In this document: positions 45,802 through 55,934 of the stretch, in pieces
Position numbering within the stretch: the first letter of the stretch is position 1
Layout: each line of letters starts with the position of its first letter
Assembly (NCBI GenBank): GCA_038213435.1
Contig: JBBQTI010000019.1
Span: forward strand, 659-64,658
Source: Acidimicrobiia bacterium
GTDB lineage: Bacteria; Actinomycetota; Acidimicrobiia; IMCC26256; PALSA-610
Length of the DNA: 64,000 bases
Reading direction: 5' to 3'
Translations under genes and position numbers: made by a program
The notes under the pieces: model-generated
The model's database searches: none
What the model was told of the DNA's origin: nothing
Seen by the model: the letters and a program-made list of their open reading frames with translations, nothing else

Positions 45802-46704
45802 ATGGTGAGCGACGTGGATCTCCGTGGCGTCTGGGTGCCGCTCATCACGCCGTTCGACGCGCGGGGCGCGGTCGACGTCGGTGCGATCGAGCGTCTGTGT
45901 CACGAGTTCTCCTCCGCGGGTGTGAGCGGCATCGTCGCCCTCGGCACCACGGGCGAGGCGAGCTCGCTCGATGCCGACGAGAAGCAGGCCGTCATCGACG
46001 CAGTCCTGCGCGCATGCACCGCGGCGCGAACGCGCGTGATCGTCGGCACCGGCTCGAACAACACCGAGGCGACGATCCGCGCCACCGCTGCGCTCGCGGA
46101 GACGCCCGGCGTCGTCGGCGCGCTCGTCGTCGTGCCGTATTACGTGCGCCCGTCGACCGCCGGGATCGTCGCCCATATGCGGGCAGTCGCGGCGGCGAGC
46201 CCGGTTCCGCTCATCGTCTACAACGTCCCCGCGCGCACGGGTCGCGACATCGGCGCGGCGGGGCTGCTCGAGCTTGCTCAGGTGCCGAACATCGCCGGGG
46301 TCAAGCAAGCCGTCGCGACGCTCGACGCCGACACGCTCGAGGTGCTCGCGAACGCACCAGACGGGTTCGGTGTACTGGGCGGGGAGGACACGTTGCTGTT
46401 CCCGCTCATGTGCATGGGCGCAGTAGGCACGATCTCGGCCGCCGCCCACCTGTGCACGGAGCGGTTCGTCGCGATGATCGAATGCGGTCTCGCGGGCAAG
46501 ATCGAAGACGGTCGCGCCCACGCCGAGGCCTTGCTTCCGGTGATACGCGCTGCGTACGCCGACCCGAACCCCGCAGTCTTCAAGGGCGTACTCCACGCGC
46601 AGGCGCGGATCGCGACGCCCGACGTGCGGCTCCCACTCACGAACGGCTCGGCCGGGGCGGTCCGCGACTGCCTCGATGCGGTCGCGCGCGCATCGCACCC
46701 GTAG
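45802..46704 (+). CDS. DapA-family lyase (4-hydroxy-tetrahydrodipicolinate synthase-like)
   Basis: 300 aa. GTTGE, YNVPARTG and the Schiff-base lysine context GVKQA. Confidence 0.85.
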   Translation: MVSDVDLRGVWVPLITPFDARGAVDVGAIERLCHEFSSAGVSGIVALGTTGEASSLDADEKQAVIDAVLRACTAARTRVIVGTGSNNTEATIRATAALAETPGVVGALVVVPYYVRPSTAGIVAHMRAVAAASPVPLIVYNVPARTGRDIGAAGLLELAQVPNIAGVKQAVATLDADTLEVLANAPDGFGVLGGEDTLLFPLMCMGAVGTISAAAHLCTERFVAMIECGLAGKIEDGRAHAEALLPVIRAAYADPNPAVFKGVLHAQARIATPDVRLPLTNGSAGAVRDCLDAVARASHP

Positions 46705-46714
46705 CCTCGACCGC

Positions 46715-46912
46715 GTGCCCCGTCGCGTCGCCTGGTTCCTGATCGCGCTGTGCGCGTGGACGCTCTACGTGTGGATCACGCGGGTCGTGATCATCGCGGG
46801 TCAGCATCAAACTCTCGGCTTCAAGATCGTGCACGACGTGCTCGCCGCCATCTCGATCGCGTTCGGACTCGGCGCCGGTTTCCTCGGCTGGCGCGCCCTG
46901 CGTTCCCGCTGA
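46715..46912 (+). CDS. Small two-TM membrane protein (SCO4848-like)
   Basis: ORF 46676..46912 trimmed to GTG 46715: VPRRVAWFLIALCAWTLYVWITR...AISIAFGLGAGFLGWRAL. Confidence 0.6.
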   Translation: MPRRVAWFLIALCAWTLYVWITRVVIIAGQHQTLGFKIVHDVLAAISIAFGLGAGFLGWRALRSR

Positions 46913-46966
46913 CGCCCGAGCCGACCCGCCCATCGCGGGAAGAAACGCTATGGCAGCCCGAAAGGT

Positions 46967-49900
46967 TTAGCCGTCGACGCGAATGGCGGCGTCGAGCAGG
47001 GCCGCCTGCTCGGCGTCGTGCACCGTGGAGCTCCCGCTCGCGGGGCTCGGGCTCTCGGGCCGCGCGACGACGTCGACCGTACGCCCGGTTGCGATCTCCT
47101 CGATGCGGCGGCGCGCGAAGTAGCGGGCACCCATGTTTCCCGGTTCTTCTTGGGCCCAGATGACCTCGGCGTCGGGGTAGCGGGCGAGTACGGATGCGAT
47201 CTCTTCTCTCGGCCAGGGGTAGAGCTGCTCGAGCCGTACGACGGCCATGGGTGCGTGCTCCGCGTCGCGCCGGGCGATCAGCTCGTGCCCGAACTTGCCG
47301 CTGCAGAACACCACCCGCGTGACCTCGGCCGGCGGCGCGGGGTCGTCGAGGACGGGCTGGAAGCCACCCTCGCCGAACGTGGCAACGGGTGATGCGGTGA
47401 TCGGCATCCGCAAGTAGCGCTTGGGCGTCATGACGATGAGCGGCTTGCGCGTCGGGTCGTGTACCTGCCGGCGGAGCACGTGGAAGTACTGCGCGGCCGT
47501 CGTGGGGTAGACGACGCGGATGTTGTCCTTCGCGCTCAACACGAGGAACCGTTCGAGCCGCGCGGAGGAGTGCTCCGGGCCCTGTCCCTCGAAACCGTGG
47601 GGGAGCAGCATCACTAGGCCGCTGCGCTGTCCCCATTTGTCCTCGGCTGCGACGATGAACTGGTCGATGATCGTCTGCGCGCCGTTGTCGAAGTCGCCGA
47701 ACTGCGCTTCCCAACACACGAGTGCGTCGCGGTCGGAGACGGAGTAGCCGTACTCGAAGCCGACGGCGGCGAACTCGGACAGCACCGTGTCGTAGATCAT
47801 GAACGGCGCGGCGTCGGGCCCGAGGTGCTCGAGGGGCGTGTACTCCTGCTCGGTGCGGTGGTCGACGACGGTCGCGTGCCGCTGGCTGAACGTGCCCCGG
47901 CGCGTGTCCTGCCCGGCGACGCGCACCGGCGTGCCCTCGAGCAGGAGTGAACCGAACGCGAGCGCCTCGGCCAGCGCCCAGTCGATCTGGTCGTTGTCGA
48001 ACTCGGTACGGCGGTTGGCCAGGATGCGAGCGAGCTTCGGGTGGGGCTCGAACCCGGGCGGGAAGGTCGTCAACGCGTCGACGATCCGTTCGAGCTGCTC
48101 GCGCGGTACGCCGGTGTCGATGTGCGACGGCGCGGGTTCCGGCATCTCGGTGTCGACCAGCGCAGGCGGCCGTTCGCTCGTCTTCGTTTCGTCGAACGCC
48201 GTCTCCATCCGGGCGCGGAAGTCTTCGAGCGCTTGCTCCGCGTCCTCGAGTGTGAGGTCGCCGCGGTTGACGAGGAGCTCTGTGTAGAGCTTTCGGATCG
48301 AGCGACGCTTACCGATCACGTCGTACATCCGCGGCTGGGTGAACGCAGGCTCGTCGCTCTCGTTGTGGCCGTACCGGCGGTAGCACACCATGTCGACCAC
48401 GACGTCTTTCTTGAAGACGTTACGGAACTCGAATGCCAAGCGGATCGTCCGGACAGCTGCTTCCGGGTCGTCGCCGTTCACGTGGAAGATCGGTGCCTGC
48501 ACCGCTTTGGCGATGTCGGTGGCGTATACGGTCGAGCGCGCGAAGCCCGGAGTGGTGGTGAAGCCGACCTGGTTGTTGACGACGATGTGCACCGTGCCAC
48601 CCACGTCGTAACCAGGGAGCTCGGAGAGGTTCAGGGTCTCGGCGACCACGCCCTGACCGGCGAACGCGGCATCGCCGTGGATGAGCACCGACAGCACGCG
48701 GTCGTGCGTCGCGTCGCCCAGTCGGTCCTGCTTGGCCCGCGCCATTCCTTCGGCTACCGGATCGACGGCTTCGAGATGGCTCGGGTTCGCGGCGAGGGTG
48801 ATGCCGATCGTCGCGCCCGAGACCGCCGTGAACTTTCCGGTCGCGCCGACGTGGTATTTCACGTCGCCCGATCCCTGTGGCACGCTCGGATCGAGCTCGC
48901 CTTCGAACTCGCGGAAGATCTGCTCGTACGACTTGCCGACGACGTTGGCGAGCACGTTGAGGCGGCCGCGGTGCGCCATCGCCATCACCACCTCCTCGAA
49001 GCCGGCCTCGGCCGCGCCGTCGATCAAGAAGTCGAGCATCGGGATGAGCGTCTCCGCGCCTTCGAGGCTGAACCGCTTTTGGCCCAGGAATTTCGTGTGC
49101 AGGAATCGTTCGAACGCCTCGGCGCCGTTCAGGGCCGACAGGATGCGGCGCTTGTCGTCGAGAGAGGTGTCGCCGTGCACGCCTTCGACCTTCTGCTGGA
49201 TCCACCCCTTCTGGTCGGGCTCTTGGATGTGCATGTACTCGACGCCGATGGTGCGCGCGTACGCGTCGCGCAGCACGCCGAGGATGTCGCGCAGCTTCAT
49301 GCTCTCCCGGCCCGCGAGCCCGCCGGTGGGGAACTCACGATCGAGGTCCCAGATCGTGAGGCCCCAGTGGTTCGGATCGAGCTCTTCGTGCGTGCGCGGT
49401 TCCTTGAGGCCGAGGGGATCGAGGTTCGCGATGAGGTGCCCTCGCACGCGGTACATGTTGATGAGCTGTTGCACGGCGATGATCTTGTGCTGGGCCTCGA
49501 CGGAGCCTTCGAGTGGGCTGCGGTCGGGCGACCAACGTGCCGGTTCGTACGGGACACCGAAGCTGGCGAAGATGCCGTCGTAGAACGCGTCGCCGCCGAG
49601 GAGGAGATCGTGCAGCGTCGCGAGGAACTCGCCGCTCTCCGCGCCCTGGATGATGCGGTGGTCATAGGTGCTCGTGAGAGTCACGGTCTTGCTGACGCCG
49701 ATCTCCGCGAGCGTCTGCGGATCGGCTCCCTCATATTCCGGCGGGTAGGTGATCGCGCCCACGCCGACGATGACGCCTTGTCCGGGCATGAGCCGGGGCA
49801 CCGAATGCAGCGTTCCGATCGTGCCGGGGTTCGTGAGCGACACTGTTGTGCCGGCGAAGTCGTCGACGGTCAACTTGTTCATGCGGGCCCGGCGGATGAG

Positions 49901-50557
49901 ATCCTCGTACGCGGCGTGGAACGCGGCGAAGTCGAGCGTGTCGGCGCTCTTGACGTTCGGCACGAGCAATGTGCGGGTGCCGTCCGCCTTCTGCTGGTCG
50001 ATCGCGAGGCCGAGGTTCACGTGCGTGTGGCGCACGACACTGGGCTTCCCGTCGACGAGCCCGAAGCTCGCGTTCATGCTGGGCACCCGCTGAAGCGCAC
50101 GGACGACCGCGAAGCCGATGAGGTGCGTGAAGCTGACCTTGCCCCCGCGATCGCGCGCGAGTTGGTTGTTCAGGATCTGCCGGTTGATCTCGAGCAGCTT
50201 GGCGGGCAGCGTGCGCACAGATGTGGCCGTGGGCACACCGAGGCTTGCCTCCATGTTCTCGACGACCCGCGCCGACGCGCCGCGCAGCGGCTCGGGCGAC
50301 TCGCCGTCGAGCGTGACCGGCGGCCGCGTTCCGTCGGATTTTGCCGCGGGCGGCGGCGTTGGTGTCGGCGCGGGAGCGCCGGCGGGCGCCGGCGCCGTGA
50401 CCTCGGCGCGCGGCTGGTAGTCGGCGAAGAACTCACGCCAGCCCGCCGACACGGCGTTCGGGTTCTCGCGGTACAGGCGGTACATCTCGTCGATCAGCCC
50501 GGCGTTTGGCCCGAGCTCCGCGAGGCGAGACCGGGCTGGCGTCGCGTCGGTCGTCAT
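46967..50557 (-). CDS. kgd: Multifunctional 2-oxoglutarate dehydrogenase/decarboxylase E1 with an N-terminal E2-like acyltransferase domain (Kgd/OdhA type)
   Basis: 1196 aa, colinear with the actinobacterial Kgd architecture: an E2-like catalytic region, then the ThDP-dependent E1 (HRGRLNVLAN, GDAAFAGQGVV). Confidence 0.95.
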   Translation of the reverse strand: MTTDATPARSRLAELGPNAGLIDEMYRLYRENPNAVSAGWREFFADYQPRAEVTAPAPAGAPAPTPTPPPAAKSDGTRPPVTLDGESPEPLRGASARVVENMEASLGVPTATSVRTLPAKLLEINRQILNNQLARDRGGKVSFTHLIGFAVVRALQRVPSMNASFGLVDGKPSVVRHTHVNLGLAIDQQKADGTRTLLVPNVKSADTLDFAAFHAAYEDLIRRARMNKLTVDDFAGTTVSLTNPGTIGTLHSVPRLMPGQGVIVGVGAITYPPEYEGADPQTLAEIGVSKTVTLTSTYDHRIIQGAESGEFLATLHDLLLGGDAFYDGIFASFGVPYEPARWSPDRSPLEGSVEAQHKIIAVQQLINMYRVRGHLIANLDPLGLKEPRTHEELDPNHWGLTIWDLDREFPTGGLAGRESMKLRDILGVLRDAYARTIGVEYMHIQEPDQKGWIQQKVEGVHGDTSLDDKRRILSALNGAEAFERFLHTKFLGQKRFSLEGAETLIPMLDFLIDGAAEAGFEEVVMAMAHRGRLNVLANVVGKSYEQIFREFEGELDPSVPQGSGDVKYHVGATGKFTAVSGATIGITLAANPSHLEAVDPVAEGMARAKQDRLGDATHDRVLSVLIHGDAAFAGQGVVAETLNLSELPGYDVGGTVHIVVNNQVGFTTTPGFARSTVYATDIAKAVQAPIFHVNGDDPEAAVRTIRLAFEFRNVFKKDVVVDMVCYRRYGHNESDEPAFTQPRMYDVIGKRRSIRKLYTELLVNRGDLTLEDAEQALEDFRARMETAFDETKTSERPPALVDTEMPEPAPSHIDTGVPREQLERIVDALTTFPPGFEPHPKLARILANRRTEFDNDQIDWALAEALAFGSLLLEGTPVRVAGQDTRRGTFSQRHATVVDHRTEQEYTPLEHLGPDAAPFMIYDTVLSEFAAVGFEYGYSVSDRDALVCWEAQFGDFDNGAQTIIDQFIVAAEDKWGQRSGLVMLLPHGFEGQGPEHSSARLERFLVLSAKDNIRVVYPTTAAQYFHVLRRQVHDPTRKPLIVMTPKRYLRMPITASPVATFGEGGFQPVLDDPAPPAEVTRVVFCSGKFGHELIARRDAEHAPMAVVRLEQLYPWPREEIASVLARYPDAEVIWAQEEPGNMGARYFARRRIEEIATGRTVDVVARPESPSPASGSSTVHDAEQAALLDAAIRVDG

Positions 50558-50590
50558 CGTGAACGCACCTCGTTCCGCGGCAGGTGGCTA

Positions 50591-50630
50591 CCCCCCGATA
50601 CCCCGCGAGCGTATGACACGGGATCGGGGG
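50591..50630 (-). terminator. Extended GC-rich hairpin between aroG and kgd (terminator or kgd leader structure)
   Basis: On the minus strand, CCCCCGATCCCG...CGGGGTATCGGGGGG. The outer arms CCCCCGAT/ATCGGGGG pair. There is no U tract. Confidence 0.3.
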
Positions 50631-50672
50631 CTTCGAGCGGGCGCCGCGTGCGCAACGAGTGCGGGTGAACGC

Positions 50673-52037
50673 TCAGCGTTGTACGAGCTCGGCGAGCCGG
50701 AACGCGAGGTCGAGCGACTGGCGGGCGTTGAGCCGCGGGTCACAACGCGTCTCGTATTTGTTCTCGAGCTGTTCGCCGCGCACGTCGTCGCCGCCGCCGA
50801 GGCATTCTGTGACATCGGCGCCCGTCAGCTCGACGTGCACGGCGCCGGGCCACACATCGGCCGTCCGACACGCCAGAAAAAACTGCTCGACCTCGTGCAT
50901 GACCGCGTCGAAGTGTCGGGTCTTGTAGCCGCTCTCGTGCGCGTAGGTGTTGCCGTGCATCGGATCGCACGCCCATACGACCGGATGACCGGCCCGGGTC
51001 ACCGCGCGTAACAGGGGCGGCAGCTTCTCGGTGACGTTGTCGGCGCCCATCCGGCTCACGAGTACCAAACGTCCGGGCTCGCGGGCCGGGTCGAGCCGCC
51101 GGCACAACGCCACCGCGTCGTCGGGTGTGGCGTCGGGTCCGAGCTTTACGCCGATCGGGTTCTGCACGCCGGAGAGGAACTCGACGTGCGCGCCGTCGAC
51201 CTGTCGGGTGCGTTCGCCGACCCACAACAGGTGAGCGGAGCAGTCGTACCAATCGCCGGTCAGGCTGTCGCGGCGGGTGAGCGCCTCCTCGAACGCGAGT
51301 ATCAGCGCTTCGTGCGAGGTGTAGAAGTCGACGGCGTGCAGCTGCGTCTCGTGGGCGAGGTCGATACCGCACGCGGCCATGAAACGCAGTGCCCGCTCGA
51401 TACCGTCGGCGACCTCTTCGTAGCGGCGACCCTCACTGCGCGACGCGAGGAATTCCAGGTTCCACTGGTGCACGCGGTTGAGGTCGGCGAAGCCACCTTT
51501 CGTAAAGGCCCGCAACAGGTTGAGCGTAGCCGCGGCCTGGTTGTAACCGCGCAGCATGCGCCGCGGGTCGGGGCGGCGGGCGATGGCATCGAACGCGAAG
51601 TCGTTCACGATGTCGCCGAAATATGACGGCAGCTCCATGCCGTCGCGCTTCTCGACGGCCGACGAGCGCGGCTTGGCGAACTGTCCCGCGATCCGCCCGA
51701 CCTTCACGGTCGGGACGCCGGTGCTGTACGTCAGCACCACCGACATTTGCAGGATCACCTTGAGCTTGTCGCGGATGCTGTCGGCCGTGAACTCCGCAAA
51801 CGACTCCGCGCAGTCGCCCGCGTGCAGCAGGAAGCCGTCACCCTTGCTGACGGCTGCGAGCGATTCGCGTAGCGAGCGCGCTTCGCCCGCGAACACGAGC
51901 GGGGGCATGCGGCGCAGCTCGTCGGTCACGTCGTCGAGCTCGGCCGTCTCGGGCCACTCGGGCTGGTGCGCGGCCGCGCGTCGGCGCCAGCTCGCAGGTT
52001 CCCAGTCGAAGTTGCCCAAAGGGACGGGTGCGGTCAT
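50673..52037 (-). CDS. aroG: Class II 3-deoxy-7-phosphoheptulonate (DAHP) synthase
   Basis: 454 aa. Colinear with plant-type/actinobacterial class II DAHP synthases (LLHAGDCAESF, KPRSS, HGNT). Confidence 0.95.
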   Translation of the reverse strand: MTAPVPLGNFDWEPASWRRRAAAHQPEWPETAELDDVTDELRRMPPLVFAGEARSLRESLAAVSKGDGFLLHAGDCAESFAEFTADSIRDKLKVILQMSVVLTYSTGVPTVKVGRIAGQFAKPRSSAVEKRDGMELPSYFGDIVNDFAFDAIARRPDPRRMLRGYNQAAATLNLLRAFTKGGFADLNRVHQWNLEFLASRSEGRRYEEVADGIERALRFMAACGIDLAHETQLHAVDFYTSHEALILAFEEALTRRDSLTGDWYDCSAHLLWVGERTRQVDGAHVEFLSGVQNPIGVKLGPDATPDDAVALCRRLDPAREPGRLVLVSRMGADNVTEKLPPLLRAVTRAGHPVVWACDPMHGNTYAHESGYKTRHFDAVMHEVEQFFLACRTADVWPGAVHVELTGADVTECLGGGDDVRGEQLENKYETRCDPRLNARQSLDLAFRLAELVQR

Positions 52038-52068
52038 GAATCGATCACGTCATCGGTTAGGGCACGGA

Positions 52069-52590
52069 TCAGAGGTACGCGCCGGGCGTGCGCTCGCCGG
52101 TGCCGCCCATCTCGAGCGGTCGTCGGTTCCGCATCTCCTCGAATTGGCGCTGCGCCTGGATCTGCTGCGTGAACAGCGTGGCCTGGATGCCGTGGAAGAG
52201 CCCTTCGAGCCAGCCGACCAGCTGCGCCTGCGCGATGCGCAACTCGGCGTCACTCGGCATTTCCGTCGTGAACGGCAGCGTCACGTCGGCGAGCTCCTGG
52301 CGAAGGTCGGGCGAGAGGATCTCCTGGAGCTCGCGGATGGAGCGCTCGTGGATCTCCTTGAGCGACCGGCGACCGGCGTCGTCGAGCGGAGCCCGGCGTG
52401 CTTCGTCGAGCAGTGCGCGCACCATCGCCGCGATCCGGATGAGCTTGGTCGGGCGCGCGACCTGTTCGACGCCACCGGCGGACTCTTCGGGGGTCGGCGG
52501 CATGTCGACGACTTCGGGGGTGACCGGTCCGTCGACGCCGGAAGCGCCGTCGGCGGAATTGCTCTCGGTGCCGGGGGGGATCTGGGTCAC
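52069..52590 (-). CDS. bpa: Bacterial proteasome activator Bpa/PafE-like (DUF2587)
   Basis: ORF 52069..53061 trimmed to GTG 52590. Helical core LIRIAAMVRALLDEAR...AQLVGWLEGLFHGIQ. The C-terminus ends in GAYL, where Bpa has the GQYL proteasome-docking motif. Confidence 0.75.
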   Translation of the reverse strand: MTQIPPGTESNSADGASGVDGPVTPEVVDMPPTPEESAGGVEQVARPTKLIRIAAMVRALLDEARRAPLDDAGRRSLKEIHERSIRELQEILSPDLRQELADVTLPFTTEMPSDAELRIAQAQLVGWLEGLFHGIQATLFTQQIQAQRQFEEMRNRRPLEMGGTGERTPGAYL

Positions 52591-52633
52591 GGACGGGAAT
52601 GGTACCGGCGGGCCGGCGGCGCATCCCGGTGAT

Positions 52634-53812
52634 TCAGACCAGGGCCGTCCTACGCCGGGGCGCCGGACCGTCGACGGCGACGAGGTTGGCGAGACGCGGA
52701 TCGTTCGAGAACACCTCGATGATCGGTTCCCGCATGCCGAGCCGGCGTTGCAGCCGCTCCACCTCGAGCTCCTGGTTCCAGAGAACGAACGTGACCACCA
52801 TTCCTTCGTTGCCGGCGCGGGCGGTGCGTCCGGAGCGGTGCACATACGACTTCTGCTCTTCGGGCGGGTCGTAGTGCACGACCACGTCGACGTCGTCGAC
52901 GTGAATGCCGCGGGCGGCAACATCGGTCGCCACGAGTAGGCCGTGCTCCTCCTCTTGGAAGTCGCGCAGCGCCTTCTCCCGCGCCGATTGGCGCAGGTCG
53001 CCGTGGATCGCAGCCGCGGCCACGCCCTCGCGCTTGAGCTGTGAGACCAGCTTGTCGGCACCGCGTTTCGTGCGGACGAAGACCAGCGTGCGGGAAACGC
53101 CTTCGGAGATGGCGGCGAGGACCTTGATCCGGTCGAGCTCGTGCACCTTCAAGAAGCGGTGCAACATCTCGTCCACGTCTTGTGTCTCGGATACGACCTC
53201 GTGCAGGACCGGATCGCGCATGTAGCGGCGCACCAGGACGTCGACCTCGCGGTCGAGGGTCGCGGAGAACAGCAGCGTCTGACGGTTGTCGGGCACCTTG
53301 CGCATGATCCACTCGACCTGCGGGAGGAAGCCCATGTCGGCCATGCGGTCGGCCTCGTCGATGATGAGGATCCCGATGTCGTCGAGGTCGAGCTCACCTC
53401 GTTCGAGCAGGTCGATCAACCGGCCCGGTGTCGCGACCGCGACCTCGATCTTGCGGGAGAGGTTGCGGATCTGGCGGTCCATCGAGGTGCCGCCGTAGAA
53501 CGCGGCGACGCGCACACCGATCTGCTTGCCGATCGGGTTCAGCACGTCGACGACCTGCTTGGCGAGCTCGCGGGTCGGAACGAGGACGAGCGCCGCAGGA
53601 TGGCCCGGGCGCGACGCGCGGACCGTCTGGAGGGCGGGCAGACCGAACGCGAGCGTCTTACCCGAGCCGGTCTTGGCCTTGCCGCAGACGTCTCGCCCGG
53701 CCAGCGCATCTTCGATCGTCGCGGCCTGGACGGGAAATGGTTCGTCGATGCCCTGCGCCGTGAGGGCGTCGACGATCTCGGCCCTGAGGCCGAGCTCTCG
53801 GAATGTGGTCAC
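52634..53812 (-). CDS. DEAD-box ATP-dependent RNA helicase
   Basis: ORF 52634..53956 trimmed to GTG 53812, after GAGGAG. Q-motif FPVQ, AKTGSGKT, DEAD, SAT, HRSGRTAR. Confidence 0.9.
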   Translation of the reverse strand: MTTFRELGLRAEIVDALTAQGIDEPFPVQAATIEDALAGRDVCGKAKTGSGKTLAFGLPALQTVRASRPGHPAALVLVPTRELAKQVVDVLNPIGKQIGVRVAAFYGGTSMDRQIRNLSRKIEVAVATPGRLIDLLERGELDLDDIGILIIDEADRMADMGFLPQVEWIMRKVPDNRQTLLFSATLDREVDVLVRRYMRDPVLHEVVSETQDVDEMLHRFLKVHELDRIKVLAAISEGVSRTLVFVRTKRGADKLVSQLKREGVAAAAIHGDLRQSAREKALRDFQEEEHGLLVATDVAARGIHVDDVDVVVHYDPPEEQKSYVHRSGRTARAGNEGMVVTFVLWNQELEVERLQRRLGMREPIIEVFSNDPRLANLVAVDGPAPRRRTALV

Positions 53813-54050
53813 GTTGCTCCTCAACCTGTACGTCGCGTCGGAGGCCGATCCTCGGCATCTCCGAACGGGAAACAGGTGAGGGACGGCCGCGGGCCCCGGC
53901 AGATGGTCGTGGGACCCGAACACCCAGAATAGCTGGTCAGGACCACTGGTCAGCACATCGACCCTTGCCGGCCGCGATCTGAGTGCATTCGGGTTCGGTG
54001 TGGGCAGGCGCTCGGGCGGGTGTGGCAGGGCGTGAATTAGCGTCGCGCGC

Positions 54051-55295
54051 GTGCCCTACGCGACGAGACCGATGCACGACGCCGACTCGCACATCATGGA
54101 GCCCGCCGACTGGCTGCATCCCTACCTCGACGCGCGCACCCGGGAGCGGTTCCCCCTCGTGTGGAACGACGTCAACGAGGACACGACGCCGCTCGACGCG
54201 GTCGAACACGCCACTTCCGTGCACCGCGATCCGTCGTACCGTGCCGACGACGCGGCCCAGATCACCCTGCGCAAGAACTTCCTCGCGACGGGCTCGTTCC
54301 TGAACACCGACCGGGGTGCTGCGCTCGACCTGCTCGGCTTCGCGAGCCAACTCGTGTTCGACACGTTCACGAGCCCGCACGTGCTCCGCTTCGATCGCGA
54401 CGGCGACCACGAGCTCGCGGTCACGCTCGCGCGTGCACAACATCGCGCGGTGCTCGACTGGTGTTCAGTCGATCCGCGCCTCCTTCCAGTCACTGTCGTG
54501 CCGGTTGGCGACACCTCGGCCGCGGTCGCGCTCACCACCAAGGCGATCCACGCGGGCAGCGCGGGGATCTGGATCGGACAGTATCCGGCGGGGCACTCGC
54601 CCAGTCACGTCGCCCTCGAACCGATATGGGCTGAGTGCGCGGAGGCGGGGGTGCCCGTAGTGCTGCACGTTGCCGGCGCCGGCGCGAACGTGATGGCGAC
54701 CGACTTCTTCGACAACGGTCTGCCTCCCGTGCCCGACTTTCACGGCGGCGACACGAACTTCAAGTCGATCGACTATCTCTCGATTCCCCTCCCGGTCATG
54801 CAGACGCTGAACGCGTTGATCATCGACGGTGTGCTGATGCGTCATCCGGCGCTTCGGATCGGCGTGATCGAGCTGGGCGCAACCTGGGTGCCGGGGTGGA
54901 TGCGCTCGCTCGACTCCGCGCACGAAGCGTTCCGCAACAACGAGTCCCGGCTGCAGCAGATGGATCTCAGGCCGAGCGAGTACGTGCAGCGTCAGGTGCG
55001 AGTCACACCGTACCCACACGAGGACACGGGCTGGACCATTGCCAATGCCGGCGACGACGTGTGCATGTTCTCGTCCGACTTCCCGCACGTCGAAGGCGGC
55101 CGCAATCCCATTGCGCGCTTCGAGCGCAGCATGGATGCCGCCGGCGTCGGCACCGAGGCCCGCGAGCGTTTCTACGTCGAGAACTTCGACGACCTGCTGG
55201 GTCCGGTGCTCGATCGCCGCGGCGTCTCGGTCGGTTCCGAACTCGATGCTTACTCTCGCACCGCCCGCAACGTGCGGCGCCAGACCGAGCGATAG
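54051..55295 (+). CDS. Amidohydrolase-2 (ACMSD-like) family metal-dependent hydrolase
   Basis: 414 aa. N-terminal DADSHIMEP. ATG 54072 is a likely start. Confidence 0.8.
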   Translation: MPYATRPMHDADSHIMEPADWLHPYLDARTRERFPLVWNDVNEDTTPLDAVEHATSVHRDPSYRADDAAQITLRKNFLATGSFLNTDRGAALDLLGFASQLVFDTFTSPHVLRFDRDGDHELAVTLARAQHRAVLDWCSVDPRLLPVTVVPVGDTSAAVALTTKAIHAGSAGIWIGQYPAGHSPSHVALEPIWAECAEAGVPVVLHVAGAGANVMATDFFDNGLPPVPDFHGGDTNFKSIDYLSIPLPVMQTLNALIIDGVLMRHPALRIGVIELGATWVPGWMRSLDSAHEAFRNNESRLQQMDLRPSEYVQRQVRVTPYPHEDTGWTIANAGDDVCMFSSDFPHVEGGRNPIARFERSMDAAGVGTEARERFYVENFDDLLGPVLDRRGVSVGSELDAYSRTARNVRRQTER

Positions 55296-55843
55296 GCGTC
55301 GATCCCGTCGGGCGACAGCGATCCTTCGGGACCGGTCGCGATCGTCACGCGCTCGGGCACACTGCCCCAAATGGCGACGCCGGCCTCGCTCCACGCGGCG
55401 ACGACGTCCTGGTAGTCGCGGGTGTAGGTGCGGGCCGAACAGATCACGAGACCGACCGGCACCTTGCGCGGCACGAGGTCGAGCACCGCTTCGACGCGCG
55501 CGGTCTCGACGCCACCGATGCGCGTCGGCACGACGACGACGTCGGCGCGCTCGATCGCTTTCACCAGAAGACGCTCGTTGCCGGGTGGCGTGTCGACGAC
55601 CGCGACCTCCTCGGTGTCGATCCGGTCGAGCGCCTTCATCAGCAGCCGATCGGTCGGTGCTTCGACGAGGGACAGCCGCTCGAGGTGTTCGTCTTCGGCG
55701 CTCTCGATCCAGTCCGCGGCGCTGGCCTGCGGATCGGCGTCGACGACGGTGGCCGGCCGGCGGGCGGCCGCCAGGGCCCCGAGATAAACCGCTGTGGTCG
55801 TCTTGCCGACCCCGCCCTTGAGTGCCGCGACCACGATGATCAT
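55250..55843 (-). CDS. Small orphan ParA/MinD-like ATPase
   Basis: 197 aa. Deviant Walker A KGGVGKTT, VVDADPQ, VVDTPPG. No ParB-like partner is adjacent. The 3' end overlaps the amidohydrolase by 46 nt. Confidence 0.8.
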   Translation of the reverse strand: MIIVVAALKGGVGKTTTAVYLGALAAARRPATVVDADPQASAADWIESAEDEHLERLSLVEAPTDRLLMKALDRIDTEEVAVVDTPPGNERLLVKAIERADVVVVPTRIGGVETARVEAVLDLVPRKVPVGLVICSARTYTRDYQDVVAAWSEAGVAIWGSVPERVTIATGPEGSLSPDGIDAYRSVWRRTLRAVRE

Positions 55844-55934
55844 CGCCCGAACGTATCGAGTCGGGCGGCCCGGCCCCCAACCCGTCCGGCCCCGGTCCGG
55901 CCCGGAGGCTGCGCGTCCCGGGCCGACGCCGCGT

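Noticed and set aside
48041-50668. 875-aa plus-strand ORF opposite kgd
   Set aside because: It is the antisense shadow of the 1196-aa Kgd gene. The product is Arg/Asp/Val-rich and nonsensical, and the frame lacks the GC3 pattern of real genes.
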